Shown here: one piece after another, positions 8,668 through 18,889 of the stretch | How positions within the stretch are numbered: the stretch's first letter is position 1 | Layout of the letters: each line of letters begins with the position of its first letter | Source: Planctomycetota bacterium | GTDB taxonomy: Bacteria; Planctomycetota; UBA1135 | NCBI GenBank assembly: GCA_040264055.1 | Contig: JBDQJC010000009.1 | Span: forward strand, 2,315 to 66,314 | Direction: 5' to 3' | Length of the DNA stretch: 64,000 bases | Program-made: the position numbers and the translations under genes | The notes under the pieces: generated by a model | Databases searched by the model: none | Told to the model about the DNA's origin: nothing | Seen by the model: only the letters and a program-made list of their open reading frames with translations

Positions 8668-11373
8668 CTACTTGACCGCTTTCTTCAGCGGTGTCCATCG
8701 CTCGGCCGACTGATTGGCGCGTAAGAAGCACACCCGGTCAAGATTCATGAGCCCGCCGCCACCATTGGGGTTCTGAAAGACGATGTAAAGATCGTGCGTG
8801 TGGCCCGGATCAGTGACGGGGATGGTGATTTCGTACCAATCTTCCCAAGCGCCGTTTGGCTCGACCTTGGTCTGCGCGAGAAGCGGGCCGTCAAGGGAAT
8901 CGGCGCGCAGTTCGATCGAGCCGCCCGATCCAGCCGAGGAAACGCGTAGCGAGACGCGGTCGATTCCATCCAGCCTGATGTCGTCATAGCGCAGGTGACT
9001 ACCGGCGTTGATCGCACCGACGAAGGCGCCGCCCGTCGCAGTATCCGACTGGAGTACCGAATTGCCAGCATTGGCGTGGAAGAACTCGGCCTCCATCGCG
9101 GGGTGACGCAGGTGCAGTTGCGTGCGTGCGGTGAGCGGGCCGATGGCTTCCGTTCCGGCATCGGTGTAGCTCGCCGTGAGCAAGAGCGAGCCGGTGTGCT
9201 CGCCGAGTTGAATCACGCCGGTTAGGCCACGCTGCACCTGCATCGTGGGACCACTTGCATCCAGCCCAAGCACCCACGAGACCATCTGCCGCGCCTCGCT
9301 TTCATCGTGCTGCGGATGCGGAAGCATCGGGATTTGACCCCAAACTCCGGTCGAACCTTCACGGACACGCTGCGCGAGCAAGTCCATGGCATCGTGCTCG
9401 CCGCGATACTTATTGGCGATCTCCATCAGCGAAGGGCCCACCACGCGATGGTCAACCGCATGGCAGTGGAAGCAATCGCTGCGTTTCATCGCGTCGCGGC
9501 CGGGTGTTGACGCAAGCTCGGCGGTGACCAGCCCGGGGAAGGCGCCTGGATACCAAGCCGCTTCGAGCGTGACTCTTGCTTGCATGGCTGTTTGACTGGC
9601 TGCGTCGCCGTCTTCGGCATCGTGTACCTGGAGCGCCCAAGGGATGGAGTCGCCAGCCGGAAGGAAGCCGCCGGCGGCGGGGGACGCGAAGGCAATCTCG
9701 GGCTGGCTGTTTCCGACCAAAACCGGCATGACAGTACGCGCGCTGGCGCCGGATGGGTCGGTTAGGGTCAGCTCAAGGTTGTAGCTGCCTTCGTAGACGA
9801 AGTTGAGTTCCGGGTTTGCCTCGGTGGATAGCACGCGGTCCAAGGGCGGCACGCGCCAGCTGTACTTCAGCGCATCACCGTCGGGGTCGTAGCTACCCTC
9901 GGTCGAAGCCTGAACTCGCAGCGGGGCCGGACCAATGTTCCCGCTCAGAGAAACCTGCGGGCGCGGACTGCGATTGCCCGCGAAGTAGTCGATGCGGACT
10001 AGCGCCGAGTCTTCGTTGGTGCCCCAAGTGGAGCCGTACTCAAGCATGTACAGCGAACCATCCGGGCCAAACTCCAGATCGACCGGGCGCTTGAAGCTAC
10101 GCTCGGGCAGGAAGCGTTCGAGTCGCTCGATGTTCGAGTCTGCATCGAGGTGCACCGCGGTGATCCAGTGCCGCGACCATTCAAAGGCGAACAGGCAACG
10201 ATCGTAATGCGCGGGAAACTTGGTGTCGGACTCCAGCGTCGCATCAAAGTCATAAACCGGGCCGGCGCAAGCAGTGCGGCCACCCGGCGCGTTGAGTTCC
10301 GGGAACTTGTCCGAATCCCCGTAGGGGTAATAAATCCAAGCCGGTTGCGCGGGCGGCAGAATGCGCGCGCCGGTGTTGTTCGGCGAAGTGTTGACCGGCT
10401 TGGCAGGGTCGTAGGCTGGGCCAATCTCGTTCGTCTCAAAATTGACATCACGATAGGGCTGATTGTCGGCGATGAAATAAGGCCAACCAAAGTTTCCCGC
10501 CGCGCGCGCTTGATTGATCTCGTCGTAACCGCGCGGGCCGCGTTCGCCATCGCCACCCGCGTCAGGTCCGACTTCGCCCCAGTAGACGAAGCCCGTTTTC
10601 TGATCGACGCCGATGCGCCAAGGATTGCGACAACCCATGACGTAGATCTCGGGGCGGCCTTCGCTGAGGTCGGTGAATAGATTGCCTTCCGGGATTTCGT
10701 AGCCGGTTCTGGTCAATCGAATGCGCAAGATCTTGCCACTCAAGCTCTGGGTATTCGACGGGCCCTTCTGTGCGTCGAAGGGGGCGCGGTCGTGACGCTC
10801 GTCAATCGGCGCGAAGCCTTGCGCGTCGCCGCCGGGGTGGGTGTTGTCACCGGTCGCGATGAACAACAAGCCGTCCGGCCCAAACTCCAAAGCGCCGGCG
10901 TGATGGCAGCACTCGCGGCGCTGCTCTTCGAAGGTCAGCAAGACCTGCTCGGAACTGCGGTCGAGCGTATTGCCATCCAAGCGGAAACGGCTCAAGCGCT
11001 GGCCCGAGAAGTCGGGCGGTGAATACAGCAGATACAGCTCTTGGTTGTTGGCAAAATCTGGATCGAGCGCCAAGCCGATCAAGCCGTTCTCTTGTTCGGC
11101 GAAGACCTCAAGTTCACCGGCTTCGAGAACCTGCCCGCTTGACGGATCGTAAATGCGCAACTTGCCGCCGAGTTCAATCCATAACACGCGGCCGTCCGGT
11201 GTGACCGTGAGCTCCATCGGTCGATCCAGCGCGCTCACGAGCGTGGTGGTTTCAAAACGAGTGGGATCGGGGTCGTTCCCCGCGAGTGCGGTCGGCTTCG
11301 ATTCCTGCGCGCCGAGCACCGGGGCGGCAACAAGTCCGAGACTAGTGAGCCAAAGAGAGTGAAAGAGTTTCAT
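8668..11373 (-). CDS. PQQ-dependent sugar dehydrogenase (GSDH) + PKD + cytochrome c + CBM6 multidomain protein
   Basis: Signal peptide; CCHHAG, GDNT, LSGKILRI, GCRNPWR, GNFGWP; PKD SYDPDGDALKYSW; heme motif CFHCH with distal PMLPH; C-terminal CBM6-like SAGSGGSIELRADS..G.HDLYIVF. Confidence 0.85.
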   Translation of the reverse strand: MKLFHSLWLTSLGLVAAPVLGAQESKPTALAGNDPDPTRFETTTLVSALDRPMELTVTPDGRVLWIELGGKLRIYDPSSGQVLEAGELEVFAEQENGLIGLALDPDFANNQELYLLYSPPDFSGQRLSRFRLDGNTLDRSSEQVLLTFEEQRRECCHHAGALEFGPDGLLFIATGDNTHPGGDAQGFAPIDERHDRAPFDAQKGPSNTQSLSGKILRIRLTRTGYEIPEGNLFTDLSEGRPEIYVMGCRNPWRIGVDQKTGFVYWGEVGPDAGGDGERGPRGYDEINQARAAGNFGWPYFIADNQPYRDVNFETNEIGPAYDPAKPVNTSPNNTGARILPPAQPAWIYYPYGDSDKFPELNAPGGRTACAGPVYDFDATLESDTKFPAHYDRCLFAFEWSRHWITAVHLDADSNIERLERFLPERSFKRPVDLEFGPDGSLYMLEYGSTWGTNEDSALVRIDYFAGNRSPRPQVSLSGNIGPAPLRVQASTEGSYDPDGDALKYSWRVPPLDRVLSTEANPELNFVYEGSYNLELTLTDPSGASARTVMPVLVGNSQPEIAFASPAAGGFLPAGDSIPWALQVHDAEDGDAASQTAMQARVTLEAAWYPGAFPGLVTAELASTPGRDAMKRSDCFHCHAVDHRVVGPSLMEIANKYRGEHDAMDLLAQRVREGSTGVWGQIPMLPHPQHDESEARQMVSWVLGLDASGPTMQVQRGLTGVIQLGEHTGSLLLTASYTDAGTEAIGPLTARTQLHLRHPAMEAEFFHANAGNSVLQSDTATGGAFVGAINAGSHLRYDDIRLDGIDRVSLRVSSAGSGGSIELRADSLDGPLLAQTKVEPNGAWEDWYEITIPVTDPGHTHDLYIVFQNPNGGGGLMNLDRVCFLRANQSAERWTPLKKAVK

Positions 11374-12884
11374 CGAATGGGCTCACGGTTGCGGACTTGT
11401 TCCAGTCGTGCGCTCAAGCGCGCAACAATCTCGGGTTGCTCGGCGTAACGGTTCTCTTGTTCGCCCGGATCGGCAAGCAGGTCAAAAAGCTGGCCAGCAG
11501 GGGCGTCGGCAGAGGGTTGATACCTGGTGAAGCCGCCCGAGCTCTTGCCCAAGATCAGTTTCCAATTGCCTTCGCGAATCGCAAAGACACCATTGCCGGA
11601 ATGATGAATCAGCGTGGTGCGTGCCGGGGGCGCATCGGCTTCACCTATCCAAGCGGCACGCTGCGAAAGACTGTCCTCCGCTTGCCCAACGGGGATTGGC
11701 AGTGCAAGGAAGTCTGCCAGTGTGGAATACAGATCGACATGGATCCACGGCTGATCTTGTACGAGCCCGGCTGGCACGACGGAAGGCCAGCGGATCACGA
11801 AAGGCACACGATGTCCGCCTTCCCAAATGTCCGACTTCAATCCGCGCCAAGGGGCGGAGGGGTCGTGTCCGAATCGTTGTTTGACTGCGCCAACCGGACC
11901 AGACATATTTGTGCCATCGCGCTGAGGCGAACCATTATCCGAAGTAAATACGACGAGGGTGTTCTTCGTCAGATCATTGCGCTCAAGCGCGGACAGGATT
12001 TCTCCAAGTACGCCATCGACCTGGGCAACAAAGTCGCCATAGTCTCCAGCTTCGGACTTCCCGCGCCAGTCTGGGCTCGGTGCGATCGGTGTGTGCGGGG
12101 CAGTCAGCGAAAGGTAAAGGAAGAAAGGCGGCGCATCGACTTGAGCGGCCTGAGCATCAATCCAGCTTGCCGCGCGCTGGCTCAGCGTGGGGAGCACGCT
12201 GCCCAAATCCCAGCCCGGTGCGGCCGGTCCTGCGGCGCCAAACATCGCGCGCGGTTTTCCGATTGTCGGCTTGGTGACGACACGATCGTTTTTGATCCAG
12301 GTATAGGGCGGAAAGTTTGGCACGTCGTCGCCGAAGTAATGATCGAAGCCGTGTTCGATCGGGCCGTTCGCAATCGGCCGCGACCAGTTGACGCGCCGGC
12401 CGACCGCAGCGGCCTGATTCCGAGGCCATTGCAGCCCTTCGATCTCGGCGCAGACCGAAGAACCCTCGTCGAGTGGCCAATCCCAACCTAAGTGCCATTT
12501 TCCGATGCACGCGGTGTCGTAACCCGCAGCCTGCAGTAGTTCGGGCAGCGTCGTGCGCTCGTGCTTCAAAAGCGGAGGGTCCCAAGGCCAAAGCACCATG
12601 CGTTTCAGCTCGGTGCGCCAAGCGTAGCGACCGGTTAAGAGGCCATAGCGCGTCGGGGTGCAGACGCTGGAGGGGCTATGCGCATCGGTAAAGCGCATGC
12701 CTTCGGCGGCCAAGCGATCGATCGCCGGCGTCGGAATCTTGGAATCCGGGTTGTAGCAACGGGGGTCGCCATACCCGAGGTCGTCTGCCAGCACGACGAT
12801 GATGTTCGGGCGTGGTGGCGCGGATGCCTCGGCCGCTTGCGAAACAAACGGCAAGGCGTAGACCAGCGAGGCGAGCAGGCTCAT
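11370..12884 (-). CDS. Arylsulfatase A-like sulfatase (S1)
   Basis: PNIIVVLADDLG, CTPTRYGLLTG, GKWHLG, SDNG, EGGHRVP. Confidence 0.92.
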   Translation of the reverse strand: MSLLASLVYALPFVSQAAEASAPPRPNIIVVLADDLGYGDPRCYNPDSKIPTPAIDRLAAEGMRFTDAHSPSSVCTPTRYGLLTGRYAWRTELKRMVLWPWDPPLLKHERTTLPELLQAAGYDTACIGKWHLGWDWPLDEGSSVCAEIEGLQWPRNQAAAVGRRVNWSRPIANGPIEHGFDHYFGDDVPNFPPYTWIKNDRVVTKPTIGKPRAMFGAAGPAAPGWDLGSVLPTLSQRAASWIDAQAAQVDAPPFFLYLSLTAPHTPIAPSPDWRGKSEAGDYGDFVAQVDGVLGEILSALERNDLTKNTLVVFTSDNGSPQRDGTNMSGPVGAVKQRFGHDPSAPWRGLKSDIWEGGHRVPFVIRWPSVVPAGLVQDQPWIHVDLYSTLADFLALPIPVGQAEDSLSQRAAWIGEADAPPARTTLIHHSGNGVFAIREGNWKLILGKSSGGFTRYQPSADAPAGQLFDLLADPGEQENRYAEQPEIVARLSARLEQVRNREPIR

Positions 12885-12905
12885 GACGAGATAGCCGATT
12901 TGCAG

Positions 12906-13883
12906 CTACTTCGCTTGCCGCAGCCTGAGCAGCTCCAGCATGCCCTCGCCCATGCCGGCGCCGATCAAGTAGTAAGTCTCGGCGTTGTTGTTCCAGTGGT
13001 AAGCCTGGCCCGAAGGCGACTCTTCCTTCGGGCGGTAGAAGTCGCGCGTGCCAACAAAGGCAACATTGCTGTGGAACTCTTCGCGCTGCGCCACGGCGAG
13101 CTGCGCGGCCATCAGCGAAAGTGCCCGCGGGTGGGTTTCTTCACGCCCGCTCATGCCGGTTTCGGCAATGACGAAAGGCAAATCGGGGATGCCGAGTTCC
13201 TTGCGCGCGTCACGGATGAAGCAGGACAGGTTTTCCTCGTAAGCATCGTTGAACGCTTGGTTGACGCGATCGTTCCAGCCTTGGTGCCAGCCGATGCCGA
13301 GCAATTCATATCCATCGTGCTCGATTTCGGGGAAGCGTTCCTCGATGCTTCCGAGCACCGCGTGAATCTGCCTAAACAGATCGGTGTACGACGGGCCCAC
13401 TTCCCCGCCAGCGCTGGGGGGGCGGAAGTCAGCGCCAATGCTTTTGCCGCCCCAAGCGACTTTGATCAAGAACACGGGCTCTTCCAAGGCATCTCCGACG
13501 ATCTGGCCGAAGCCAAGTTCTGGTCCGATCGTGCCTTCATTCGAGCCGTAACCGACTGACAGGGGGCCCTCGCGTTCGAAGTACGAGATCCAGACATCCT
13601 CGCGTGGCTTCCAGTTGCCTTCGGCGTCGACCAAATGCGCGTAAGAACTCGCAGTGGCTGGAGACTTGACCAGGGATTCAAGCGTGCCCTTGCCTTCATT
13701 GCGGTTTGGATCCATCGCAACGATGCCCGCGCCGACCATGTTGGACTGGCCGGCAAGGATGAAGACCTGAAGCGGCGGCGGGCCAGCTTCGGCCGCTGTT
13801 TCGACCGTAGAGGGACCCGAGGAACACGCGCCGAGAGCGAGGGCGAGTGCAGGAGCGAAGCAGGCGAGGGGGAGGGAACGCAT
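12906..13883 (-). CDS. Sialate O-acetylesterase (SASA) family lipoprotein
   Basis: Lipobox LGAC, FILAGQSNM, GPELGFG, KVAWGGKS, WHQGWND. Confidence 0.85.
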   Translation of the reverse strand: MRSLPLACFAPALALALGACSSGPSTVETAAEAGPPPLQVFILAGQSNMVGAGIVAMDPNRNEGKGTLESLVKSPATASSYAHLVDAEGNWKPREDVWISYFEREGPLSVGYGSNEGTIGPELGFGQIVGDALEEPVFLIKVAWGGKSIGADFRPPSAGGEVGPSYTDLFRQIHAVLGSIEERFPEIEHDGYELLGIGWHQGWNDRVNQAFNDAYEENLSCFIRDARKELGIPDLPFVIAETGMSGREETHPRALSLMAAQLAVAQREEFHSNVAFVGTRDFYRPKEESPSGQAYHWNNNAETYYLIGAGMGEGMLELLRLRQAK

Positions 13884-13937
13884 GGTGGAATCAAATGGAT
13901 CCTTTCCTAGGCTAGCGCCCCGCCCCTAGGCTGGGGC

Positions 13938-15221
13938 ATGAAGCGATTCGCCTTGCTGCTCCTTTTCGCGCCAAGTTGCTCGGAGCCGGAAGCCTCGACG
14001 GCGCTTGAAGCGCAGTCTGGACCGAGAACTCCGCCGAATGTCCTGCTGATCATTTCCGACGATCAACATTGGTCGGACTTCGGTTTCATGGGCAGCGAGG
14101 AAGTGCGTACGCCGGCTTTGGATGATTTAGCAGCGAATGGTGTGGTTTTTCCGCGCGGTTATCTCGCCGCGCCACTTTGTCGGCCCAGCTTGGCGACACT
14201 TGCGACTGGACTCCACGCACATCAGCACAAGATCACCGGCAATGATCCGCCCAAGGGGACCGATCGTGCCCAGATGTTGAAGCATATGCAGGCACTCGAG
14301 ACGCTGCCCGATCTGCTGGTGCAAGCGGGCTATCGCACCATGCAAACAGGCAAGTGGTGGGAAGGCGCGCCGTCGCTCGGTGGTTTCACCGAAGGCATGA
14401 CGCATGGCGACACGACGCGTGGTGGCCGGCATGGCGATGTGGGTTTGAAGATCGGGCGCGAAGGCTTGGGCGCGGCGACCGAGTTCATCGATGACTGCAC
14501 CGATGCGGGCACGCCGTGGTTTCTGTGGTACGCGCCCTTCCTGCCGCATACCCCGCACAATCCGCCGTCGGAGTGGCTGGAGCAATACCAAAAGGAAGGG
14601 GTACCGCTGCCGATTGCCAAGTACCGCGCGATGTGTGCTTGGTTTGATCAGACATGCGCGGACTTGTTGGGGCACCTGAACGAGCGCGGTTTGCACGAGG
14701 ACACCTTGGTGGTGTTTGTCACGGACAACGGTTGGATTCAACGGCCGAATGCCAATGGCTATGCGCCGCGCAGCAAGCGCACCGCTTACGAAGGGGGCGT
14801 GCGCACGCCGGTCATCCTGCGCTGGCCGGGACAGCTCGCGCCCGCGTGGCGCGAGACGCCGATCAGTAGTGTCGACATCCCGGCGACGATTCTGGCGAGC
14901 TGTGGCATCGATGTGCCAGCACATTGGCCAGGCCGGGATCTGCGCGGCGTTGAATCGGTCGGGGCAGAGCCGCGTGGTCCGGTCTTTGGTTCCGCAGGAA
15001 CGCACGATCTGGTCTCGATCGACGATCCAAGCCAGAACTGGGTCACGCGCTGGGTATTGCGCGATCCCTACAAGCTGATGGTGCATCGCGATTCGGCGCT
15101 CGCGACTGAGTTGTATGACGTGCGTACGGATCCAGCCGAATTGCAACCGCTTGACGACCCCGAGCGACAAGCCGAGTTGCGCGCGATGCTCGACGCGTGG
15201 TGGTCGGGTGAGGCCGAATAG
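13938..15221 (+). CDS. Sulfatase family lipoprotein
   Basis: Lipobox-like APSC, PNVLLIISDD, CRPSLATLATG, GKWW, TDNG, YEGGVRTP. Confidence 0.88.
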   Translation: MKRFALLLLFAPSCSEPEASTALEAQSGPRTPPNVLLIISDDQHWSDFGFMGSEEVRTPALDDLAANGVVFPRGYLAAPLCRPSLATLATGLHAHQHKITGNDPPKGTDRAQMLKHMQALETLPDLLVQAGYRTMQTGKWWEGAPSLGGFTEGMTHGDTTRGGRHGDVGLKIGREGLGAATEFIDDCTDAGTPWFLWYAPFLPHTPHNPPSEWLEQYQKEGVPLPIAKYRAMCAWFDQTCADLLGHLNERGLHEDTLVVFVTDNGWIQRPNANGYAPRSKRTAYEGGVRTPVILRWPGQLAPAWRETPISSVDIPATILASCGIDVPAHWPGRDLRGVESVGAEPRGPVFGSAGTHDLVSIDDPSQNWVTRWVLRDPYKLMVHRDSALATELYDVRTDPAELQPLDDPERQAELRAMLDAWWSGEAE

Positions 15222-15223
15222 GC

Positions 15224-16708
15224 CTAGTTGTTCTTCGGCGCTGGCAGTGAGCCATCAATCGGTGCGCCAAATCGGTCGACGAACTGCTTGGTCACGATCC
15301 GCATTTCAGCCAAGGCCTCGGCGTAATTCGGATTCTTGGCAAGATTGACCAGTTCATCCGGATCGTTCTGAAGGTCGTGTAGAAACTCGGCATCCTCAGC
15401 TTGATCAAAATAGCGCGCGTACTTGTAGCGTTGGTTGCGCGCGCCTTCCCAGGACAGCAGCGGCCGCACCGCCACGTGTTCGAAGAACATATCGCTGCGC
15501 CAAATATGCGAGCCCTCGCCACGCACGGTTGCGGCCAGGTCCATGCCGTCGTAATCGCGTGGTATCTCGACGCCAGCCCAACTCAAGAAGGTCATCGGCA
15601 GGTCGATGTTCATGGCAAATCGTTCTTCGACGTGGCCTCGTGTCTTGTCAGCGCTGGCGCGTGGATCCATGACGATCAACGGAACCCGGAGCGACTGCTC
15701 GTAGTGCGACCACTTGCCGGCGAAGCCGCGGTCACCCATGTAGTAACCATTGTCGGCGGAGTAGATGACGATCGTATTGTCGGCGAAGCCCTCCTCTTCC
15801 AGCGTCTTCAACACGCGAGCCATCGCTTGATCGATGCCCGAGATCATGCGGAAGTAGGCACGCATATTGATCTGGTACTTCTCGGGAGTGTCCCAGCGCC
15901 AGAACCAACGCTTGCGGTTGATCGAATTCTTGAGGAAGGCTGGCTGACTCTCAAAAATGGCGGGATCGCCTAAGCGCGGCGCCGGAATCTCGACATCCTC
16001 GTACATGCCGTCGACTGCTTTCGGCCAAGGGAAGTGGCCGATGCCAGGGCGATGGTCGCCGTCTTCGGCGTGGCCAGCGTTGAACCAAAGGTTGAGCGCA
16101 AAAGGCTGTTCTTTCGGCTGCGATTTCAAGAAAGCGACGCCGCGATCGGCAATGACTTCGGTTTCATGCCGCAAGCTGCCGTCGGGCTGCTTCTTGAAGT
16201 AGGGATTCAAGTGGATGATTTCGATCTCGTCATACAGTTCTTTGGGATTCGTGCCGCGCGGCAAGCGCGTATGAAACTTGCCATAGTGCGCGGTGCGATA
16301 GCCGGCTTCATGCAACAGGCGCGGATAGAAGCCTGCCATCGAGGGTTGGGTGACACGGTCCGGTTCTTCGGGCGTGCCAAAGGATCGTGCAGTCTGCCCG
16401 GTCAAGATCGAAGCGCGGCTCACCCAGCAAATTGAATGGCTGACGAACATGTTTTCGAAACGCACCCCGCGCGCCGCCAGGCTGTCGATGGTTGGCGTCT
16501 TGATGATTTCATGCCCCGCGCAGCCCAGCGTGTCGTTGCGCTGATCGTCGGTCAGAAAGAACAGGAAGTTAGGGCGGGGGTTCGCGGTTTCGGTCGCGGG
16601 CAACTCTTGAGCGTGCGCTGGAGCTTGCAGCGGAGAAATCGCAGCAGCGCAGAGAATCGTTGCGAGTCGCCAGGTCGCCTGCAGGCGGGCCAATCGAGGG
16701 AAGACCAT
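15224..16708 (-). CDS. Sulfatase (N-acetylglucosamine-6-sulfatase/mucin-desulfating-like)
   Basis: PNFLFFLTDDQR, CWVSRASILTG, GKFH, ADNG, GKWSHYEQSLRVP. Confidence 0.88.
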   Translation of the reverse strand: MVFPRLARLQATWRLATILCAAAISPLQAPAHAQELPATETANPRPNFLFFLTDDQRNDTLGCAGHEIIKTPTIDSLAARGVRFENMFVSHSICWVSRASILTGQTARSFGTPEEPDRVTQPSMAGFYPRLLHEAGYRTAHYGKFHTRLPRGTNPKELYDEIEIIHLNPYFKKQPDGSLRHETEVIADRGVAFLKSQPKEQPFALNLWFNAGHAEDGDHRPGIGHFPWPKAVDGMYEDVEIPAPRLGDPAIFESQPAFLKNSINRKRWFWRWDTPEKYQINMRAYFRMISGIDQAMARVLKTLEEEGFADNTIVIYSADNGYYMGDRGFAGKWSHYEQSLRVPLIVMDPRASADKTRGHVEERFAMNIDLPMTFLSWAGVEIPRDYDGMDLAATVRGEGSHIWRSDMFFEHVAVRPLLSWEGARNQRYKYARYFDQAEDAEFLHDLQNDPDELVNLAKNPNYAEALAEMRIVTKQFVDRFGAPIDGSLPAPKNN

Positions 16709-16779
16709 GGCAATAGGATGGCATTTGCCTCGGTGCAGCGCGAAAGAATCGGAGTCGGGTGCCCAAGTAGGATGCAGGC

Positions 16780-17493
16780 ATGATTCCCGTTTTCGTCCTG
16801 TCCGTCGCCGCCGTCATGATTCTCATCGAGGTCATGCGGGGCGGGCGCCGATGGCCGCAAGTGCGCGGCTGGTGGGGACGAGCCTTTCTTTTGAACGGGG
16901 TGCAGTTCCTGGTCGCCTATATTGCCGTGCTGGCTTGGGATCCTTGGATGGCTCAGTATCGACTGTTCTCGGCCGACTCACTGGGAACGACGGGCGGCGC
17001 GATCGTCGGCTACATCGCGATTACCTTTGTCTTCTATTGGTGGCATCGCGCGCGCCATCAAGTGCCGTTCTTGTGGCGGTGGTTTCACCAGGTGCACCAC
17101 AGCCCGCGGCGCATCGAGATCATTACCTCGTTCTACAAGCACCCCTTCGAGATCTTCGTCAACAGTCTGATCTCGACGGCGATCGTTTACTTCCTGGTGG
17201 GGCTGGGGCCGCTGGCGGCTGCGTACGCTCTACTTCTCACTGGCTTGGCCGAGTTGTTCTACCACTGGAATGTCAAGACTCCGTATTGGATCGGCCCTTT
17301 CTTTCAACGGCCAGAAATGCACTGCGTGCATCATCAGACTAGATTGCACCACTACAACTACGCCGATTTGCCAATCTGGGACATCTTGTTTGGCACTTAC
17401 CGCAACCCACGCCATTGGGAGGCGCAGTGCGGCTTCGACGAAGAAGCCGAATTGAAGTTAGCGCCGATGTTGCGTGGCGAGGTCGTCGAGTGA
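16780..17493 (+). CDS. Sterol desaturase / fatty acid hydroxylase family protein
   Basis: His boxes HRARH, HQVHH, YHWN, HCVHH; NYADLPIWDILFGT. Confidence 0.9.
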   Translation: MIPVFVLSVAAVMILIEVMRGGRRWPQVRGWWGRAFLLNGVQFLVAYIAVLAWDPWMAQYRLFSADSLGTTGGAIVGYIAITFVFYWWHRARHQVPFLWRWFHQVHHSPRRIEIITSFYKHPFEIFVNSLISTAIVYFLVGLGPLAAAYALLLTGLAELFYHWNVKTPYWIGPFFQRPEMHCVHHQTRLHHYNYADLPIWDILFGTYRNPRHWEAQCGFDEEAELKLAPMLRGEVVE

Positions 17494-18041
17494 GCGATGC
17501 CTTACGCCAGGATGCTGCTGAAGTTGCGCCTAGCCGCTTGAAACGCATGCGCGTGCAGCTCGCTGCGGTCGTGATCCTGCTACTCGGCGTCTTGCAGATG
17601 GTTGGCGATTTGTTCGGTGTGACCGAGCTCAAGGGGGTCGGCGCGGCGTCGATGGCATCACCTGCGCCCAAAGTGTTTTCTTCGGTCCAGGGCCTCGAGA
17701 CCTTTTCGACGCGCATCTATTTGGAATGGACGGGCATCGACGGCGAGGATCATTCGCTTGAGTTTGATCGCGACAGTTACGCCAAGCTGCAGGGCCCGTA
17801 CAACCGCCGCAACATTTACGGCGCGGCCTTGGCGTATGGTCCGGTGCTCGCGCAATATGAGCGGGCCCGGCCGATGTTGAAGTCGGTCTTGGCCTACGCC
17901 TTGACGGGCGAGGCACCCTTATTGCATGAACTCGGCATCGACCCGCGCACCGTGCGCATGCCGATGAACTTGCGATACGAAGCGTTGCCCGGTACCGATC
18001 TTGGCGAACTTCCGACCACGCTGCAGGTGCCGCTGCGATGA
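17490..18041 (+). CDS. Hypothetical single-TM protein (HTTM partner)
   Basis: GTG at 17490 overlaps desaturase stop; TM segment then ASPAPKVF, GPYNRRNIYGAALAYGP. Confidence 0.7.
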   Translation: MSDALRQDAAEVAPSRLKRMRVQLAAVVILLLGVLQMVGDLFGVTELKGVGAASMASPAPKVFSSVQGLETFSTRIYLEWTGIDGEDHSLEFDRDSYAKLQGPYNRRNIYGAALAYGPVLAQYERARPMLKSVLAYALTGEAPLLHELGIDPRTVRMPMNLRYEALPGTDLGELPTTLQVPLR

Positions 18042-18889
18042 ACAACGGCTGGACACTGCGCGGCTACAGCGTTTTCCGCTTCGCCTTTGGTGTGTACTTG
18101 CTGGTGCACTTTGTCCAGCTGATGCCCTGGGCGGAAGAGATGTTTTCGAACGCGGGGGTATTGCCCGACGCGAGTAGCAGCCCCTTGCTACCTGCCTTCC
18201 CAAACCTATTCGCCTATGTCGACTCGCCGCTCGTCGCGACGATGGTTCTCGTTGGCGCAGTCGGCTTGAGTGCCATGCTGGCGCTTGGCCGCAAGGATCG
18301 CATTGCTGCGGTGTTGCTTTGGTATTTGATGGCTTGTTTGTTCGGCCGCAATCCGCTGATTTCGAATCCGAGCCTACCTTATGTGGGCATGCTGCTGCTC
18401 TTGCATGCGGCCAAGCCGAGTGATTGGGCGATGCCACCGGCCTTGCATCGGGTGGCGTGGGCGCTGATGTCCTTGGGCTACAGCTATAGCGGCTACACCA
18501 AGTTGATCAGTCCGTCCTGGCAAGACGGCACCGCCATGCGGCGTGTGCTCGACAATCCCCTGGCGAGGCCCGGGGTCATCCACGAGTTCACCGCAGCCTT
18601 GCCGGAATGGTTGCTGCAAGTCAGCAGCTGGGGCGCGCTCGGCCTCGAACTCTTGTTCGCCCCGTTGGCCCTGCTGGCCCGGGCACGACTGTGGATCTGG
18701 GCTGCGATGCTGGCCTTGCATTTGGGCCTGATCGTGCTGATCGACTTCGCTGATCTCAGCCTGGGCATGGTCATGCTGCACCTGTTCACCTACGACCCAC
18801 GTTGGTTGCAAAGAAAGTCGCGGCAGATGGAGCCGATTCCTACGATCGATCCCGAACCGATTCTGGATCGATCCCCGGAGCAAGCATGA
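18038..18889 (+). CDS. HTTM-domain (vitamin K-dependent carboxylase-like) membrane protein
   Basis: Multi-TM; RFAFG, RNPLISN, YSYSGYTKL..PSW.DGTA, LELLF, LHLG. Confidence 0.8.
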   Translation: MNNGWTLRGYSVFRFAFGVYLLVHFVQLMPWAEEMFSNAGVLPDASSSPLLPAFPNLFAYVDSPLVATMVLVGAVGLSAMLALGRKDRIAAVLLWYLMACLFGRNPLISNPSLPYVGMLLLLHAAKPSDWAMPPALHRVAWALMSLGYSYSGYTKLISPSWQDGTAMRRVLDNPLARPGVIHEFTAALPEWLLQVSSWGALGLELLFAPLALLARARLWIWAAMLALHLGLIVLIDFADLSLGMVMLHLFTYDPRWLQRKSRQMEPIPTIDPEPILDRSPEQA

